From an uncultured Anaerolinea sp. (GTDB taxonomy: Bacteria; Chloroflexota; Anaerolineae; Anaerolineales; Villigracilaceae): a stretch of 64,000 bases of DNA. Below, one piece after another: positions 61,338 through 64,000 of the stretch. A program made the translations under genes and the position numbers. The stretch lies in contig CAYWXS010000012.1 of assembly GCA_964462245.1 (NCBI GenBank), forward strand, positions 8,866-72,865, read 5' to 3'. The notes under the pieces are model-generated. The model ran no database searches, was not told the DNA's origin, and worked only from the letters and a program-made list of their open reading frames with translations. How positions within the stretch are numbered: position 1 is the first letter of the stretch; each line of letters starts with the position of its first letter.

Positions 61338-62297
61338 TCAGAGGGTGATTTCGACAGGTTCGCCATTTACGAAGCTAAGCAGTGTTCCATCCATACGCAG
61401 CCTGGAATCGGATTGGTAAATTTCGTGCAGCTGGTGTGTGTCCGGAGTATCAAGTGCTGATAGCGCGGCGATCTGATCGATTATGGACAATCCGGATTCA
61501 TTGCTGGTCGGGGTCGACACGATTTGCACGCTTCGCGCAAATCGCCCTTGTGGTGTCAAAATGGTTGGACCGGAAGTCGCTGCCACTTCATCCAATTCCG
61601 CCAGGATAATGCCCCAACAATCCCAAGGTAGCATTTCAACCTTGTTGAGGGAGGCTACATCGCGTACCACGTTTCCCCGGATAAAACTCATACCGTTCAT
61701 TTCCATAATACCGAATTGTTGTTGGTCTGCTTTTTGCAGACGGCACATCTGCCAGGCTTTACCGCCAACGATGAATTGGTCGCGGGGAACGTCCAATGGG
61801 TTGAATGGAATTTTTAAGACTTCGCATTGCAATCTATCCAGTTGCGCATCTACCATTACCCAGCGTCCTTGTGGTGCGTTCCAATATTCCGCTACCCAAT
61901 GATCGATAAATTTGTTGTTTTCAAAATACGCTCCAAAGCCGCAGCGAGCCCGGGCGGGTATACCTTTTTGCCGCAGCATGGAAACCATCAATAAACTAAA
62001 ATCGCGACAATTGCCGATCAATCGATTATCAATGCTGCGAACTTCCCGTAGTGGGCGGGGGTCCAATTGAAGGGTGCGAGCCAGGCGCTTTTCCATCGTC
62101 CTGAGTTGCAGTTCAAACATGCGTTCGCCAGGAATGATTAACCCGTAGCGTTCGGCCCAAAAAACATGGATGGTCAGACCCTGTACAACTTTGACAAGTT
62201 CATCAATAGTATCAGGCAGGTCATCAAAAAGGGAGATAAAGGAGCCTGGATTTGATGTAAGGCCCTGTTCTGAAAAGAAATCAGTCTCTTTATTCAT
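61338..62297 (-). CDS. Transglutaminase-like (cysteine protease fold) domain protein
   Basis: Core motif IGNCRDFSLLMVSMLRQKGIPARARCGF. Confidence 0.7.
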   Translation of the reverse strand: MNKETDFFSEQGLTSNPGSFISLFDDLPDTIDELVKVVQGLTIHVFWAERYGLIIPGERMFELQLRTMEKRLARTLQLDPRPLREVRSIDNRLIGNCRDFSLLMVSMLRQKGIPARARCGFGAYFENNKFIDHWVAEYWNAPQGRWVMVDAQLDRLQCEVLKIPFNPLDVPRDQFIVGGKAWQMCRLQKADQQQFGIMEMNGMSFIRGNVVRDVASLNKVEMLPWDCWGIILAELDEVAATSGPTILTPQGRFARSVQIVSTPTSNESGLSIIDQIAALSALDTPDTHQLHEIYQSDSRLRMDGTLLSFVNGEPVEITL

Positions 62298-62362
62298 CAG
62301 TCACCCGTTGTTCGTTTGTGAATTTTATTAATCTTGTTTTGTTTTCTGGTAAAAGATACTGT

Positions 62363-64000
62363 TTAGATATTTTGTTTTTCGCTACCATTGCGCAGTGAGG
62401 TAACTGCTGCAAACATGGCGCGGTTGACGCCTATAAGCTGTTCGTAAGGAATAGGTGCCATGCCCTCGCGAATGCCTTTGACCAGGGCTTGCATTTCACC
62501 AAAGTGGCCTTTATCCTGTTTGAAGGCGGATTTAATAATTTTACGATTACCGTTTTCGACCATTAGCAGTGATCGATAGTCATCCAGCACTGCAATTCGT
62601 CCAGCGCAAAAGACTTCCACGCGTTCCTTGGCAAAGGATTTATCGCCGTTTGCCAGGTAATCGACTACAGCGGTGGAACCATCAGCAAAGCTGAAGGTCA
62701 TGCTGACGTTATCTTCACGGTATTTGCCCAGATTCGGCAGGGCCTGGGTTTGGACAGAGATTGGGGCTGACCCAACCAGAAAGCTGACGAAATCCACAAA
62801 GTGACAACCTTCGCCAATGATGCGTCCGCCGCCCTGTTCCGGGTCTTGTGTCCAGTGATTGAGTGGGATATAGCCGGCGTTGACCCGATAGTGTGCGTAT
62901 AGCGGCTCACTACGGCTTTGCAAAAATTTCTTAAGTTCCACCGCCAGTGGCGCAAAGCGCCGGTTGAAACCCATCATTAACAGACCAGTATTTGTGTTTT
63001 GGAGCTGGATACTGACTTTTTCCAACTGTTCAACTGTGATGGCCAGCGGTTTTTCAACGAAAACGTTTTTGCCCGCCTGCAGGGCACGAATGGTCAGGTC
63101 GGCGTGTGTATCATGCCGGGTGAGGATGGCAACCGTGTTAACTTCGGGGTCATTCAAAATTTGCTCATCGTCTGAACAGGCGTAAGTAAATCCGAATTTT
63201 TTCCCGGAGTGTTGAGCGTGCATCCCGCTGGCTGAGGCAATGCCCATCAGTTGGATTTCGTTGATCTTTTTGATGGCTGGCAATAGAGTGGCATTGGCAA
63301 ACAGGCCTGCACCCAACACTCCCAATTTTACTGTGCTGGCTGGTTTTGAACCGGTTACCTGAAACCGGATCACGCTGGACGCCGGTCTTGCCCCACCTGG
63401 GTAGATCAGGACGACACCCAGAAAGGGCACTTTCGTTCTGCCAGTGATAATTTCGTAAGCATCGGGTGCTGATTCGATTGGGAAGCGTTGGGTGATGAGC
63501 GGAGCGACCTGCAGCTTGCCGGTTTCCAGCAGTTCCACGATGGTCTGAAAGTTGCGGCCTTCGGTCCACCGTACGTAACCAATGGGGTAATCCTTGCCCT
63601 TTTCTTCATAAGCAGGATCATAGCGCCCGGGTCCATAGGAACGCGAATTGATGAAGGACAGTTCTTTTTCAAAGTAGATTTTGCGAGGAAAACTTAAACC
63701 GACTGCACCGGTTGCCACAATTTTAGCGCGATCGCGGGCAATTGCCCCAGCCAGCTCGATTGGGTCATTGGAATGTGTATCGGCGCAGATGATAACACTG
63801 TCGAAACCGCGGTTGGCGGTAAAAGACTGGCTTGCCTCTGGCGCGTCTGGTCGAGCTACTGCTTCGATCCCGAACTGCCGGGCGAGTTGGACACGTTCAG
63901 GGTTGGTGTCGATACCAAAGACTTTACAGCCAGCGGCTGCCGCAATCTGAATGGTGAGCAGTCCCAGCAGCCCCAAACCGATGACCGCTACACGTTCGCC
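62363..64000 (-). CDS. Bi-domain oxidoreductase (Zn-ADH/MDR-like N-terminal part plus Gfo/Idh/MocA domain), 5' end beyond the right window edge
   Basis: The frame stays open past the track's Met (...GERVAVIGLGLLGLLTIQIAAAAGCKVFGID is an MDR Rossmann fold). A second Rossmann fold KLGVLGAGLFANATLLPAI begins a Gfo/Idh/MocA-type domain. Confidence 0.75.
   Translation of the reverse strand, partial: GERVAVIGLGLLGLLTIQIAAAAGCKVFGIDTNPERVQLARQFGIEAVARPDAPEASQSFTANRGFDSVIICADTHSNDPIELAGAIARDRAKIVATGAVGLSFPRKIYFEKELSFINSRSYGPGRYDPAYEEKGKDYPIGYVRWTEGRNFQTIVELLETGKLQVAPLITQRFPIESAPDAYEIITGRTKVPFLGVVLIYPGGARPASSVIRFQVTGSKPASTVKLGVLGAGLFANATLLPAIKKINEIQLMGIASASGMHAQHSGKKFGFTYACSDDEQILNDPEVNTVAILTRHDTHADLTIRALQAGKNVFVEKPLAITVEQLEKVSIQLQNTNTGLLMMGFNRRFAPLAVELKKFLQSRSEPLYAHYRVNAGYIPLNHWTQDPEQGGGRIIGEGCHFVDFVSFLVGSAPISVQTQALPNLGKYREDNVSMTFSFADGSTAVVDYLANGDKSFAKERVEVFCAGRIAVLDDYRSLLMVENGNRKIIKSAFKQDKGHFGEMQALVKGIREGMAPIPYEQLIGVNRAMFAAVTSLRNGSEKQNI

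Noticed and set aside
1-64000. Scan for CRISPR arrays, tRNA/rRNA genes, transposases, integrases, prophage or defence islands, and large direct repeats
   Set aside because: No regularly spaced repeats, no tRNA-like cloverleaf candidates in the intergenic gaps, and no recombinase, nuclease or helicase-type ORFs were seen. The only repeats are short hairpins explained as terminators or operators.

Overview
64-kb chromosomal window from a moderate-GC bacterium. Gene content suggests a Chloroflexota/Anaerolineae-like organism, but that is only an impression and cannot be verified from the sequence alone. I support 58 protein-coding genes and found no rRNA, tRNA, CRISPR array, transposase or integrase. 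Positions 1-13.1 kb form a cytochrome c island. It holds two divergent multihaem cytochrome units, one with a Tat-exported four-cluster ferredoxin and an NrfD-type membrane subunit. It also holds a complete System I maturation operon ordered ccmE-F-H-G ... ccmA-B-C-D. That operon carries a Cys-type (CxxxY) CcmE, an inserted dihaem lipoprotein gene, and a 51-aa CcmD-like ORF missing from the ORF track. The middle of the window is mostly housekeeping: a LysR regulator plus a membrane HdrD-like Fe-S protein, ssb-DUF3467-translin-like, a 2-oxoacid dehydrogenase operon with fused E1 alpha-beta, gdh, maf, a PBP, rsgA, holB, ettA, trxB, mdh, citrate synthase, ptrB and mgsA. A surface-glycan block lies at 39.4-45.7 kb, with a second envelope/glycan-type block at the right edge. 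The most unusual locus is 55.8-58.9 kb. There, E1 alpha and E1 beta genes are followed by a protein with a lipoyl domain and a subunit-binding-like segment. Its catalytic part looks like a NeuD/PglD-type hexapeptide acyltransferase rather than an E2 core. Other items worth checking are a degenerate CcmC paralogue, a promoter-to-terminator small-RNA candidate with a CU-rich segment, and a strong terminator hairpin directly upstream of gdh. All functional calls come from motif recognition by eye, with no searches run.
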